64,000 nucleotides of DNA, from IMG/VR virus record IMGVR_UViG_3300047322_001193, positions 1,735 to 65,734 of that record, one strand, 5' to 3'. The notes under the pieces were generated by a model. It was not told the DNA's origin. It saw nothing but the letters and a program-made list of their open reading frames with translations, and made no database searches. Position numbers and translations under genes: made by a program. Positions 38,362-47,552 of the stretch are shown here, piece after piece (within the stretch, counting starts at the first letter, position 1; each line of letters opens with the position of its first letter). Source of the stretch: a virus. Its lineage: Duplodnaviria; Caudoviricetes.

Positions 38362-38434
38362 GGGCCTGTAGCGCAGCTGGGAGCGCGCCACACTGGCAGT
38401 GTGGAGGTCGTCGGTTCGATCCCGACCAGGTCCA
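38362..38434 (+). tRNA. tRNA-Ala (GGC)
   Basis: Cloverleaf GGGCCTG/CAGGTCC with G3:U70 Ala determinant, CCACA-CTGGCAG-TGTGG anticodon arm, GGTTCGATCC T-arm; followed by CTA instead of CCA. Confidence 0.93.
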
Positions 38435-38436
38435 CT

Positions 38437-38520
38437 ATGATTCCAATCGGTACTGTTCTGGCGATCCTCTGGTTCCTCTTGTGGTGGTACGAACACGTAC
38501 GAGACAGTCGGCCACGGTGA
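38437..38520 (+). CDS. 27-aa single-TM micropeptide
   Basis: MIPIGTVLAILWFLLWWYEHVRDSRPR; stop lies 1 nt before next ATG. Confidence 0.45.
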   Translation: MIPIGTVLAILWFLLWWYEHVRDSRPR

Positions 38521-38521
38521 G

Positions 38522-38818
38522 ATGGGCGTCACGATCCGTCAGAAGAACCGCAAGCAGGGTGACAACAACTGGTGGATCTTCGTATCCCACCTCAATCGCC
38601 GTACGAGCCTCAAGGTGGGGTCGAAGACGGCAGCGATGGATGTTCAGCGGGAACTGCAGGTGATGCTCGCTGTGGACCGGATTATGCACGATCTGACCCC
38701 GCGAGAACGTCGCCGGGTGAAGCTCGATCCGGAGCTCGAACGGCAGGCCGACAATCTGCGCTCACGACTGTGGCGATTGTGGAATGAACTGGAAGTGTTA
38801 TTGGGGAGGAATCATTGA
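38522..38818 (+). CDS. Protein resembling an integrase N-terminal arm-binding domain
   Basis: MGVTIRQK...WWIFVSH..RRTSLKVGSKTAA. Confidence 0.6.
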   Translation: MGVTIRQKNRKQGDNNWWIFVSHLNRRTSLKVGSKTAAMDVQRELQVMLAVDRIMHDLTPRERRRVKLDPELERQADNLRSRLWRLWNELEVLLGRNH

Positions 38819-39102
38819 CCGACGACGAGAAGACCGTCACGCCTCAGATGCGAAAGCAATACCGACAGCTTGCCGAAATGATGAGGTCCGCTTTCCTGGC
38901 AGACATGTTCAATCTCAAATACGAAACCATCGAGCGCCAGTTCGGATCCGAGAAGCCGCCTGACGACTACTGGATCTTTGCGGCTGCGCGGACCTGGGGA
39001 GAGATGCATGGGCTTCTGGAGAAGGCGGATGAGGAGGGTCGGGCGAGAGTCGTGGGGAGCCGGGCGGCGTTGAAGCTCGTCCGGCCCCAACCTGTCGATT
39101 AG
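38815..39102 (+). CDS. Hypothetical protein
   Basis: GGGGAG RBS, TTG start; converges on integrase. Confidence 0.6.
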   Translation: MTDDEKTVTPQMRKQYRQLAEMMRSAFLADMFNLKYETIERQFGSEKPPDDYWIFAAARTWGEMHGLLEKADEEGRARVVGSRAALKLVRPQPVD

Positions 39103-40244
39103 CTCAGCTTCAGTTTGGACTTTTGCGCTTCGAGGTAATCGCTGAAGCGATCCGCCGCCTGCGCCCGTGCTGTGGAGTCGAGGTGGATGTAGGTGTCCGC
39201 CATCTTGATCGATGCCCAGCCCGCCATCTGTTTCAGATCGAATGCAGACGCACCGCCCTCCACCGCACGAGTGAGTGCCGTGTGACGGAAATCGTACAAC
39301 CGGAAGCGCGGGATCGCGAGCGGCTCATTGCGCGTCCACAGACGTTTGTGTGTCGACTGGAATGACGTGAGCGGCGTGTGGTGGAACTTGCCGTTGCGGT
39401 CGGCGGGGAACACGTGACCCGACTTCGGGCAGCCCATCCGCATCCAGCGTTCCTTGAGAATCTTCGCGAGTCCGAGCGTCATCCCTAGTTCACGCTGACG
39501 CATCTTGCCCGTCTTCATACAGCTGTCGAAGATGTAACCGTTGGTGTACTTGCCGACTGCGCCGAAGAAGACGTTCGGCCAGGTGAGCCCCGCGCAGGTG
39601 CCTGGTTCCATCCCGCTGTTGATCAGGATCGAACAGAAGTCGCGATGGTCACGGTCCACCGCCGCCATGTAGATCGCCTCTTCCTCGAACGTGACAGAGA
39701 CGCCCATGAACTCCCCTTTCGGAAACGTCGTGAACGTCGGGAGTGTGGCGATCAGCTTCCAGTCCTGCGCTTTGGTCAGGATCACGTTCAGCACGACCAT
39801 GTTCTTCTTCTGGGTCTGCACCGCCAGCTTCTGTTCGCACAGCTCACCCTCGAAGGCGTCGATGAGTTCGCGGTCGATCTTGTCCAGCGTGGCGTCAGCG
39901 AGAGGCGCGAACTTGAGGATGGCTGTGATGCGCTGGCGATAGAATTCGAGCGTGCTGGGTCTCTTCTTCTTGCGGCACCAGTCCCAGAACCGGCCACCCA
40001 CTTCATCATCGGCGTCGGGTAGGCGGGCGAAGTCAGCGAGCGTGGGGGCGGTCGGGAGCGGTTTCGGCTGCGCAGCTTCCTTCTTCGCATCCTCGAATTC
40101 CTGCGCGACTTTCACACGTTCGGCGGTCTCGCGCTTCAATGCGACCTTCATGTCTGTGGTGTTCAGAGAGCGGAAGATCTGCTTCCCCTCGTGCATGAAC
40201 TTTGTGTAGAGCTTCGGTGAACCTTTGCGAGTGATGATTGCCAT
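39099..40244 (-). CDS. int: Tyrosine recombinase / integrase
   Basis: YDFRHT, GWASIKMADTY (catalytic Tyr), KTG; box I reads SGMEPGT. Confidence 0.9.
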   Translation of the reverse strand: MAIITRKGSPKLYTKFMHEGKQIFRSLNTTDMKVALKRETAERVKVAQEFEDAKKEAAQPKPLPTAPTLADFARLPDADDEVGGRFWDWCRKKKRPSTLEFYRQRITAILKFAPLADATLDKIDRELIDAFEGELCEQKLAVQTQKKNMVVLNVILTKAQDWKLIATLPTFTTFPKGEFMGVSVTFEEEAIYMAAVDRDHRDFCSILINSGMEPGTCAGLTWPNVFFGAVGKYTNGYIFDSCMKTGKMRQRELGMTLGLAKILKERWMRMGCPKSGHVFPADRNGKFHHTPLTSFQSTHKRLWTRNEPLAIPRFRLYDFRHTALTRAVEGGASAFDLKQMAGWASIKMADTYIHLDSTARAQAADRFSDYLEAQKSKLKLS

Positions 40245-40289
40245 TGGTGTCGTCCTTTCGTTAGTAGCCTGATGTTGCAGACGGGAGCA

Positions 40290-40317
40290 ATGATACCACA
40301 GGAGGTCATGGGGTCAA
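40290..40317 (-). promoter_or_regulatory. Integrase promoter
   Basis: TTGACC-16 bp-TATCAT with extended TG. Confidence 0.6.
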
Positions 40318-40320
40318 CAG

Positions 40321-40548
40321 CTAATCGTTGCGGTCTTTGTTGCGCTCGATGAACGCATCCAGGTCGTCGAGATCGATCTTGGCACCACGCATATCGTTGT
40401 GCGGCCCGTCACCGGCGGGAAAGCGGATGAATGGGATCTTACCGCTCGCGATCCAGCGTCGTAACGTCCAGCGCGAGATGCCGAGGTACTCTGCAGCTTT
40501 GTTGATGCCGACGACGCGGTGGTCGGTGCGTGTTCTTACGATCTTCAT
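40321..40548 (-). CDS. Excisionase-like HTH protein
   Basis: INKAAEYLGISRWTLRRWIASGKIP...IDLDDLDAFIE. Confidence 0.85.
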   Translation of the reverse strand: MKIVRTRTDHRVVGINKAAEYLGISRWTLRRWIASGKIPFIRFPAGDGPHNDMRGAKIDLDDLDAFIERNKDRND

Positions 40549-41297
40549 GGGGTCGACTCCTCTTCGGCGGCAGGTGCGGTGGTCTGGAACAGGTCGTAAT
40601 ACTCTTGCGTGCCGCCGCGCACGCCCCACTTCTGATAGAAGTACTCGCGGTTGGCTTCAGCCTGCTTCATGATGCGGTCACGTTCAGCATTGTCGGCGTT
40701 CTTCACTGTCTGAGATGCGTGGTGCAGGAAAGGGAGCTCCAGCGCTTCAGCTCGAATACCCACCTTCTGCATTCGTAAGTGGTAATCCCAGTCTTCGCAG
40801 AACGCGATCTTGAAGTTCTCGTCGAATGCGCCGACGACGTGATAGGTTTCGCGGCGGATCAGGTAGCAGCTGAAGTCGGGATGGGGGCGCTTCTTATCCG
40901 GATCCGGGTCAGGGCACGCCAGCAGCTTCTCCCGATCCCGCACTCCCACCGCAGTAACGAACGGTCCGCCGTCCGCAACCAGATGCCGGTACGTGTCGGG
41001 TCTCAGCTCGACATCGTTGTTCACCACCAGTGCGTACAGCTCTTGCGGGAAGCTCTCGAAAGCGAACTCCAATCCCCTATTCCAACTCGCTGCGACACTC
41101 ATCCCCGGCCTGTTCATGAGGGTGAAGATGTCGCGCTGGGTCGACAGCCACCGACCGGTACCATCCGTCGATCCGTTATCGATGATGAGGATGTGCACAC
41201 CACCCTCAATATCCTGAGCGCGGAAGGTGCGCACCGCTTCTTTGGTGAGCGATAAGTTGTTCCTTACCGGGCATATGATCCAGTTCATCTGATCCAT
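40545..41297 (-). CDS. GT2 glycosyltransferase
   Basis: IIDNGSTDGT, VVNNDV, FDENF..AFCEDWDY. Confidence 0.9.
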   Translation of the reverse strand: MDQMNWIICPVRNNLSLTKEAVRTFRAQDIEGGVHILIIDNGSTDGTGRWLSTQRDIFTLMNRPGMSVAASWNRGLEFAFESFPQELYALVVNNDVELRPDTYRHLVADGGPFVTAVGVRDREKLLACPDPDPDKKRPHPDFSCYLIRRETYHVVGAFDENFKIAFCEDWDYHLRMQKVGIRAEALELPFLHHASQTVKNADNAERDRIMKQAEANREYFYQKWGVRGGTQEYYDLFQTTAPAAEEESTP

Positions 41298-42436
41298 CAC
41301 TTCACCGCCTCCATTCCTAAGATCCACCAATCTCTCGCGATATCGGCACCGGCAACCGGACGCCAGTCAAAGCCCTTCACGTACTGCCACGATGCAGCCG
41401 CTTGTAACTGGGTCGTCAGCGACTTCCAGGTGAACCCCCACTTGTGGCGGTCCGCTTCATCCCCCATGAACGCGCCGTAGACGTTGGTGAAGTAGGTGGC
41501 GTCATCGATCTGGTGCATCAGCCAGCGCTGAGCGAGCGACTGCATGTTCGGCACAAAGACCAGCAGACTGCCGCCCGGTTTGAGAACCTGCCACGCTTGC
41601 TTCATGAAGCCGGTGGCGTGATCGCCCCAGACGTGTTCGAGGGTGTGATGCGCCACCACCAGATCCATCGTGCTGTCGTGAAAGTAGTGGGTGAGATCGT
41701 CCCAGGTGCCGCAGATATCGGGCTCCCACTGCGCTTGAATGTCGATGTTGATCCAGCCCTGGCCGCGATCAAACGGGCGCTGGCCCGAGCCGCAATTGAG
41801 CTTGGTGCCGTGGGGGTGGAACGACTCGATGTCACGCTTGAGTGGCTGCGTTGACCCGATGAACGCGGTGGAGTCGTTCCAGCGCCGGATCGAGGACGTG
41901 TGCAGTCCGTACTTCTCGAAGAGCGCCATCCACTCCCAGTCCGTCATCGTGCGTTCGTTCGGCTGATCGAAATGCTTCCACCTCTCATTCGGACAGAGGA
42001 AGTAGAACTTGCCCGACGCGCCCAGCAGCTCGCGGATGTTCGCCAGCGCCGCATCCAGGTTCACGATGTGTTCCAGTGATCCGAGCGAGACGACGTAATC
42101 GAACCTGCCACCGGTCGATATCCAGTAGTCGCGCTCTTCAATCGAGACCTGTGCGATAGCGGCCTGCGGAGCGCGTGCCCGCGCCTTGATTGCGCCGATG
42201 CCGCTGATCTCGGATCCGAAACAGGTAACGCGTTTGGTTGCCTCGGCCAGGAAGTGACCGGCACCGCACCCTACATCCAGTAATCGCAGCAGCTTGTTGA
42301 ACGGCACCCCCAGATCATCGAGGTGCTGGTTGCATTCAGTGGCGGGAGTGTGCCAGCCGTCGCCCATCGCCAGGTATTTCGCGTCGTACCAGGCAGCCAG
42401 ATCAGGAGTGGATTCGATGACCTTACGATATTCCAT
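41297..42436 (-). CDS. Two-domain class I SAM methyltransferase
   Basis: LLDVGCGAG and KLNCGSG motifs; two LEH motifs. Confidence 0.9.
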   Translation of the reverse strand: MEYRKVIESTPDLAAWYDAKYLAMGDGWHTPATECNQHLDDLGVPFNKLLRLLDVGCGAGHFLAEATKRVTCFGSEISGIGAIKARARAPQAAIAQVSIEERDYWISTGGRFDYVVSLGSLEHIVNLDAALANIRELLGASGKFYFLCPNERWKHFDQPNERTMTDWEWMALFEKYGLHTSSIRRWNDSTAFIGSTQPLKRDIESFHPHGTKLNCGSGQRPFDRGQGWINIDIQAQWEPDICGTWDDLTHYFHDSTMDLVVAHHTLEHVWGDHATGFMKQAWQVLKPGGSLLVFVPNMQSLAQRWLMHQIDDATYFTNVYGAFMGDEADRHKWGFTWKSLTTQLQAAASWQYVKGFDWRPVAGADIARDWWILGMEAVK

Positions 42437-42999
42437 CAATCCCGTCTCCAGATACCCAGCCCGTACGCTTGCTTGTGCTTCGTCCAACCTTTGGCGACGA
42501 ACGGATCGACAGCCTCTGACACTCCACCAGACGGGTAATCGTGTGTCAGCAGATACCCACCCGACCTGATACGTGACGCGACGATCTGCAAATCCCGCTC
42601 GACAACAGGCTGATCGTGGCAGCCGTCAATGAATGCGAAGTCAATCCCGTCTGGGGTGAGCCGCTCAATATGCACCGCTGCGGCTTCGGTGGTCATATGC
42701 AGCACGATGAATGGATGCCACTCACAGCGTTCCGCGACGTTCTCCATCCACTGCTTCGCTCTGTCCTCGAACTCGAACCACGGGTCGACATGAATGGTCA
42801 TGAAGTTCTTAGCCGCAGCGACCTGCGAGATCAGACTCGACGAGCGCCCGACATCGCACCCGATTTCGATCAGGGTTGATTCATCCGGCAGTTCGTACAG
42901 CACGTCGAACATCGCCTGGCACTCGACAATCTGCAGGATATTCACGACGCTGATGGGGGAAGTGATGCTCATCACCTCGTCGTAAGTGGGTACGTTCAT
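42436..42999 (-). CDS. Class I SAM methyltransferase (Methyltransf_24-like)
   Basis: IEIGCDVGRS, FAFIDGCH, LLTHDY. Confidence 0.85.
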   Translation of the reverse strand: MNVPTYDEVMSITSPISVVNILQIVECQAMFDVLYELPDESTLIEIGCDVGRSSSLISQVAAAKNFMTIHVDPWFEFEDRAKQWMENVAERCEWHPFIVLHMTTEAAAVHIERLTPDGIDFAFIDGCHDQPVVERDLQIVASRIRSGGYLLTHDYPSGGVSEAVDPFVAKGWTKHKQAYGLGIWRRD

Positions 43000-43724
43000 A
43001 ATGGCCATCCTCCAATCGCGTCCCACACCGGCTTCATCACTCGATCTTTGCCTGTGACGGGATCGCTGTATCCGCCATTGAAATGGATCGCGCAGGGGAA
43101 GGTTTGAGTCAGCGCGTTGTAGATCCGTCCGTCCATCACCTGCAGTTCATCGGCGAGATCGCCATTACCTGCCGACTGAAAGACCTGGCACTCGGTATCG
43201 AGCACGAACTGCGGTCCGAACTTCCCGTCAACGAACGCTTGCACCATCCAGCCCTGCTCGTTCTGATCCTCGCCCACTTTGTCCATGTAGTCGTCGCGCA
43301 GCATCTGCCACATCGGAATCAGGTAGTCGAGCTCGCCCATGAACTGGCCACTGCCCAGCCAGCGATAGTGGTGGCCGGGATCCGGGAAGCGGTCAGCCAA
43401 CCAACAACGCGGATAGCATTCGGTCTCGGTCGCCATCAGGCAGCCCGGTGCACCGACGTAGAAGTACTTGAGCTTGATCTCCATCAGCCCGCTGAGGAAG
43501 AAGCTGTCGCGCCCATCGGTGTAGAGGATGTGCGTTGCGCCGGTGCGCTTCATCTGCTGGAAGTGTTCCAGCATCTGCGTGATCTTGATACGCGGCCAGT
43601 CGGTATAGGTCTGGCCCAGCCCGTACGGGTGCAGTGGAATGGCGAAGCGGTCGCAGCTCTTCTGCAGACGCCAGATCGGCCAGGCAGTCTCGAACACGCA
43701 GGCTGTGATCGCGGCGAGCGTCAC
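42996..43724 (-). CDS. PLOD-type glycosyltransferase domain protein
   Basis: LYTDGRDSF, ATETECYP, WLGSGQFMG, LDTECQVFQ, IHFNG. Confidence 0.8.
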   Translation of the reverse strand: MTLAAITACVFETAWPIWRLQKSCDRFAIPLHPYGLGQTYTDWPRIKITQMLEHFQQMKRTGATHILYTDGRDSFFLSGLMEIKLKYFYVGAPGCLMATETECYPRCWLADRFPDPGHHYRWLGSGQFMGELDYLIPMWQMLRDDYMDKVGEDQNEQGWMVQAFVDGKFGPQFVLDTECQVFQSAGNGDLADELQVMDGRIYNALTQTFPCAIHFNGGYSDPVTGKDRVMKPVWDAIGGWPL

Positions 43725-44263
43725 GGCTTCCTCCGGTACGCCAGAGTTTGCACGTGCCCGCCATCCCAGCCCGCACAGACGCGTTTCACGGTGTCGAACA
43801 CGTCGGGGAAGTTGTGGGGCTCGTAGTCGTGGAAGACCGCCCAGCCACCACTCTTGAGCCGCGGTAACCAGACGGCACAGTCCAGTTCAATCCAGGGACG
43901 CTCATGATTGGCGTCGATGAACACCAGATCGATGCTCTCCAGCGGGAAGTAGGCTTTGGCCACATTAGAATCGCCGACGATGGTCAGGTAGTCCTCGACG
44001 CCGATGCGCTTCATGTTGGCCTGGAACTTATCGAGATAGGGTGTGCCGTCGAAGTCCGGGCCGAAGATATCCACACAAGCGAGGTGGAAGAATTTGGTCT
44101 TCATCAGCTGACCGGGCACGCTGGTCGAGCGCCCGTGATAGATACCGACCTCCACAACACTGGCATTGTCGGGCAGGTTCGAGAGGATCGCGTGATACTG
44201 CGACGCCTCTTCAAATGAGAACCAGCCTTCAATAGTGGCGGTGAGATTCCAGAACTCGCTCAT
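43721..44263 (-). CDS. Class I SAM methyltransferase (Methyltransf_24-like)
   Basis: VEVGIYHGRST, LVFIDANH, GGWAVFHDY. Confidence 0.9.
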   Translation of the reverse strand: MSEFWNLTATIEGWFSFEEASQYHAILSNLPDNASVVEVGIYHGRSTSVPGQLMKTKFFHLACVDIFGPDFDGTPYLDKFQANMKRIGVEDYLTIVGDSNVAKAYFPLESIDLVFIDANHERPWIELDCAVWLPRLKSGGWAVFHDYEPHNFPDVFDTVKRVCAGWDGGHVQTLAYRRKP

Positions 44264-44982
44264 TGCTGGATCACCCCTTTGTATCGCGTCATCTTGTGCG
44301 CCCCGACTGCCGGATCTCCTGCGGTGTTGGTGAGCCCACAGGCATACACCACCTCAGGGAATAGTGAGCCGACGAAGAACCCGGCATTGACGATCTTCTG
44401 GCAGAAGGCGAAGTCTTCACTCATCCCAGTACCCGGCCCGTGTGCGTCGAGCGGTCCGTACTCGTGCCAGGTCTCCCAATGCATCAGGTGCGAATAACCC
44501 GACACCGCATCATGAGCCCGCAGATGCAGCACCTCACCCGCTTCAGTCTCGATCTGGTGCGCGACGTTCCATTGATGGAAGGGGTGGGTGCTGCCCGCCA
44601 GCACACGGTAGCCGAGACCCCACGACGTGACCCAGGCGTCGAGCATCTTCTTCAGCCAGCCGGGTGTGAAGAACACGTCGTTGTCGGAGAGGTAAATCAT
44701 ACGGGTCGGACCCCAGTACTTCTCGGCCCAGTACACCCCGAGATTGCGCACCTGGCCGGTGATGCCACGGGATTGGGTAACGCGCAGGATCGTGTAGTTC
44801 TTCATGCCCAGGAGTCGCTGCTGGATGCAGTTGTGGGTCGGCTCGTCACTCTCGTCATCAACAATGGTGAGATAGAAGGCGTCGTGCGGTGTGTTGAGAT
44901 AGAGACTGTTGATCGATTGCATGGTGAGTCGCAGCCGACCCTTCACGAGCATGATGATATTGGTCTTGTCGGTGGTCTTCAT
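44260..44982 (-). CDS. GT2 glycosyltransferase
   Basis: IVDDESD, LSDNDV, SEDFAF. Confidence 0.85.
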   Translation of the reverse strand: MKTTDKTNIIMLVKGRLRLTMQSINSLYLNTPHDAFYLTIVDDESDEPTHNCIQQRLLGMKNYTILRVTQSRGITGQVRNLGVYWAEKYWGPTRMIYLSDNDVFFTPGWLKKMLDAWVTSWGLGYRVLAGSTHPFHQWNVAHQIETEAGEVLHLRAHDAVSGYSHLMHWETWHEYGPLDAHGPGTGMSEDFAFCQKIVNAGFFVGSLFPEVVYACGLTNTAGDPAVGAHKMTRYKGVIQQ

Positions 44983-46448
44983 TCGGGTTCACTCGTTCTC
45001 AACATGAACGGCGGCAGCTTGCCCATACCCATGCTGGCTTCGTATCGACGAGCCGCCGCCGCGGAGTAGTAAGGAATTTGGAGCTTTGTCCTTACTTCTC
45101 GTTCTACCCGGTCCCGCAGTCGCACAATGTCATCCGCGCTGAGATGATCCGTGTAGACGTAACTCTTGTAACCGCCATCCGGATCGCCTTTGTAGTAGTC
45201 AGCGATCTGGGTGTAATCGAGATCGATGGAATAGAGGAAGTCGCCGTTCACCTCAAAGCACCAGATGTCGGTGCTAAGAACCCGACGTGATCGGTCGTAA
45301 TATGGCGAGCCGGGATATGCCGTGATGATCGTGACATCGAAGTCGGCAGGTTTGACGGCGAGCAACCAATCCTCAGTCTGCTGAACTGTGGTTTCGCTCT
45401 CTCCGGGATGGCCGAGACTCATCAGCGCCTTCATCTCCAGGCCGTACTTGTGCGAAATCTCCATCGCAATCGTGTTGTCGGTGAGAGTGGCGTTCTTGTT
45501 GATGTTCTTCAGAATGCGCGGTGAGCCGCTCTCAAAGCCGCACATGATTCTCCGGAATCCGGCCCGATACATCGCTTCAGCTTGTGTGGGGGTGAAGAGC
45601 TCCGACTTCACAAACCCCCGGCATCTGAACCCGACACCCAATTCACACTGCAGATCATCGATGGCGTGCATCAATTCCAGCATCTGGCGGTTCACATTCA
45701 ACTCGTCGTCGAAGAACATGAAGCCGTGGATGCCGTGCACTTCATAGATGTGCCGCATCTCCGCGATCACGTTCTCTGTCGGGCGCAGGCGCACTCTTCT
45801 CAACATCGCTGAGTCCCGGCCAGCGCAGAAGTTGCAGCCGAACGGACAGCCTAATTGCCCGATGAGACCGGTGACCGGTACCCCATCAATGGTGTAGTGG
45901 TACGACTTCAGATCGACCAGGTGCCGGGCAGGAAAGGGCAGCTCACCCAATCGCTTGCCGGTGAGAAAGAAGAGCGTGTTGGGATCGTCGGCGTCAATCA
46001 CACCCGCTTCCGTTTGGATAGCGAGATCAATCGCGTCCTCACCATCGCCCGCGACAATCACATTGAAGAGAGATTCGAGCTGGTCGGCAGCCCCCAATGC
46101 CCGGCTACTGGCGTGCTTCTTAACCGCTGCATAAACGAGCGTGGGATGGGGGCCGCCGAGAATCAGTTTGGCATCCGGCAGCGCGGCCCGGATGGTCTTC
46201 GCGAGTATCGTGACGGCAGGCATCTGGGGTGTCGTAGCCGTCATCGCGAAGATCCGGGCCTCGCTGCGGGCGCAGTGGTCGAGGGTGGCGTCCTGGTAGT
46301 TCACGACGCCGTTCAGATCGAGGTGTTCAACCGGATATCCCGCCTGCTCGGCCACTGCAGCCACTTTCAGTATACCGAGTGCGACAAATACTCTCTCGTC
46401 GAGTAAGAAGATCGAGGGTGGTGTGATGAAGCAGACGCGTGGCTTCAT
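44979..46448 (-). CDS. B12-binding radical SAM enzyme (class B methylase-like)
   Basis: LGGPHPT cobalamin domain; CPFGCNFC; GFESGS. Confidence 0.92.
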   Translation of the reverse strand: MKPRVCFITPPSIFLLDERVFVALGILKVAAVAEQAGYPVEHLDLNGVVNYQDATLDHCARSEARIFAMTATTPQMPAVTILAKTIRAALPDAKLILGGPHPTLVYAAVKKHASSRALGAADQLESLFNVIVAGDGEDAIDLAIQTEAGVIDADDPNTLFFLTGKRLGELPFPARHLVDLKSYHYTIDGVPVTGLIGQLGCPFGCNFCAGRDSAMLRRVRLRPTENVIAEMRHIYEVHGIHGFMFFDDELNVNRQMLELMHAIDDLQCELGVGFRCRGFVKSELFTPTQAEAMYRAGFRRIMCGFESGSPRILKNINKNATLTDNTIAMEISHKYGLEMKALMSLGHPGESETTVQQTEDWLLAVKPADFDVTIITAYPGSPYYDRSRRVLSTDIWCFEVNGDFLYSIDLDYTQIADYYKGDPDGGYKSYVYTDHLSADDIVRLRDRVEREVRTKLQIPYYSAAAARRYEASMGMGKLPPFMLRTSEPE

Positions 46449-46804
46449 CAGTTGGTCCTGTGCTCATCGCAGCTGGTCTCTTCACCACAACTACAATCTC
46501 GGAATCCCTGCAGCCTGGAGAGCGCATTCATGATGGACTCACGCGCCACATTCAGTGCCAGCTGGGGTGTCGGGATCATGTCGATCTTCACCTTGTCGAG
46601 CACGATGCCGACCGTCACGACCAGGCCGTCGTTGCGCTGGCCCTGCAGTTCCGCTTTGTAAGATGGCGGGATGCGCGGATCGATGGACTGGCTGAATGCG
46701 CTCATCCCGATCTGCTTCCAGCCACGATTCGCCCGCGCCATTTCGGAAATGATGCGAGAGTTCGGGATGTGCCCGTTCGACTTCTTGATCTTAGGCTTGC
46801 CCAT
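46448..46804 (-). CDS. Hypothetical protein
   Basis: Coupled within cassette; C-terminal CSC...C..H. Confidence 0.6.
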   Translation of the reverse strand: MGKPKIKKSNGHIPNSRIISEMARANRGWKQIGMSAFSQSIDPRIPPSYKAELQGQRNDGLVVTVGIVLDKVKIDMIPTPQLALNVARESIMNALSRLQGFRDCSCGEETSCDEHRTN

Positions 46805-47552
46805 CGCCAGCGCACCTCCAGGGCAGCACATCGCGGTAGTTGTCGTACACCCAGCGATGCGAGACTTCGTGAATCTCCTGATCGCTTAACCCTTCATGTT
46901 TGGCTGCCCACTCGATGTACTGCGGCGTCGTCGATGTACGCCCACCGAAGTGATGACAGTCAATTCCAACCATTCGCACACGATAGCCGTAACGATGAGC
47001 CTCAGCACAGATCGCATAGTCGTAGCAGTGAAATCCCCCAGGAACAGCAGGCCAGCCGCCACACTTGTCGAGAAGAGCGCGGCGTACAACAAGAGCAAAG
47101 CCGTCCAGCACCGCCACGTCGCAACTACCTGCGAACCGGGTGCCGTGCGCTTCGGCGTCGCGGGTGTTGGAGAGATAGTGACCCCGAGCGAGTTGCTGGA
47201 GCTGATAGGGCCGACGATAGATATCAGGCGTGCCATGATCGAGACCTCCACCGAACCCCACCACTCCCACTGCGGGGTCGTCGAATTCGCCTAAGATGCG
47301 CAGATCCCAGCCGCGTTGATAGACCTCCACGTCGTCGTGGATGTAAGCCAGGATCGGTTCCGTTGTCTGTTCGTAGAGCGCTTGATAACTCCCGATGACA
47401 CCGAAGTTGAGCTCGGGCGTGTTGCGCATGAAGTGAAGCTGGTAATCCTTCGTCGCAGCGGAATGCAGATGCAGAGTCGTGACCGGTGCCGGGATCTCGG
47501 GATCGGGTACCATCGTGGCGATGCACAGCCCGAGCTTGTCGTGTACGTTCAT
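46791..47552 (-). CDS. GT-A glycosyltransferase (GT2-like)
   Basis: YIHDDV, VAVLDG, FHCYD, CHHFGG. Confidence 0.85.
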   Translation of the reverse strand: MNVHDKLGLCIATMVPDPEIPAPVTTLHLHSAATKDYQLHFMRNTPELNFGVIGSYQALYEQTTEPILAYIHDDVEVYQRGWDLRILGEFDDPAVGVVGFGGGLDHGTPDIYRRPYQLQQLARGHYLSNTRDAEAHGTRFAGSCDVAVLDGFALVVRRALLDKCGGWPAVPGGFHCYDYAICAEAHRYGYRVRMVGIDCHHFGGRTSTTPQYIEWAAKHEGLSDQEIHEVSHRWVYDNYRDVLPWRCAGDGQA

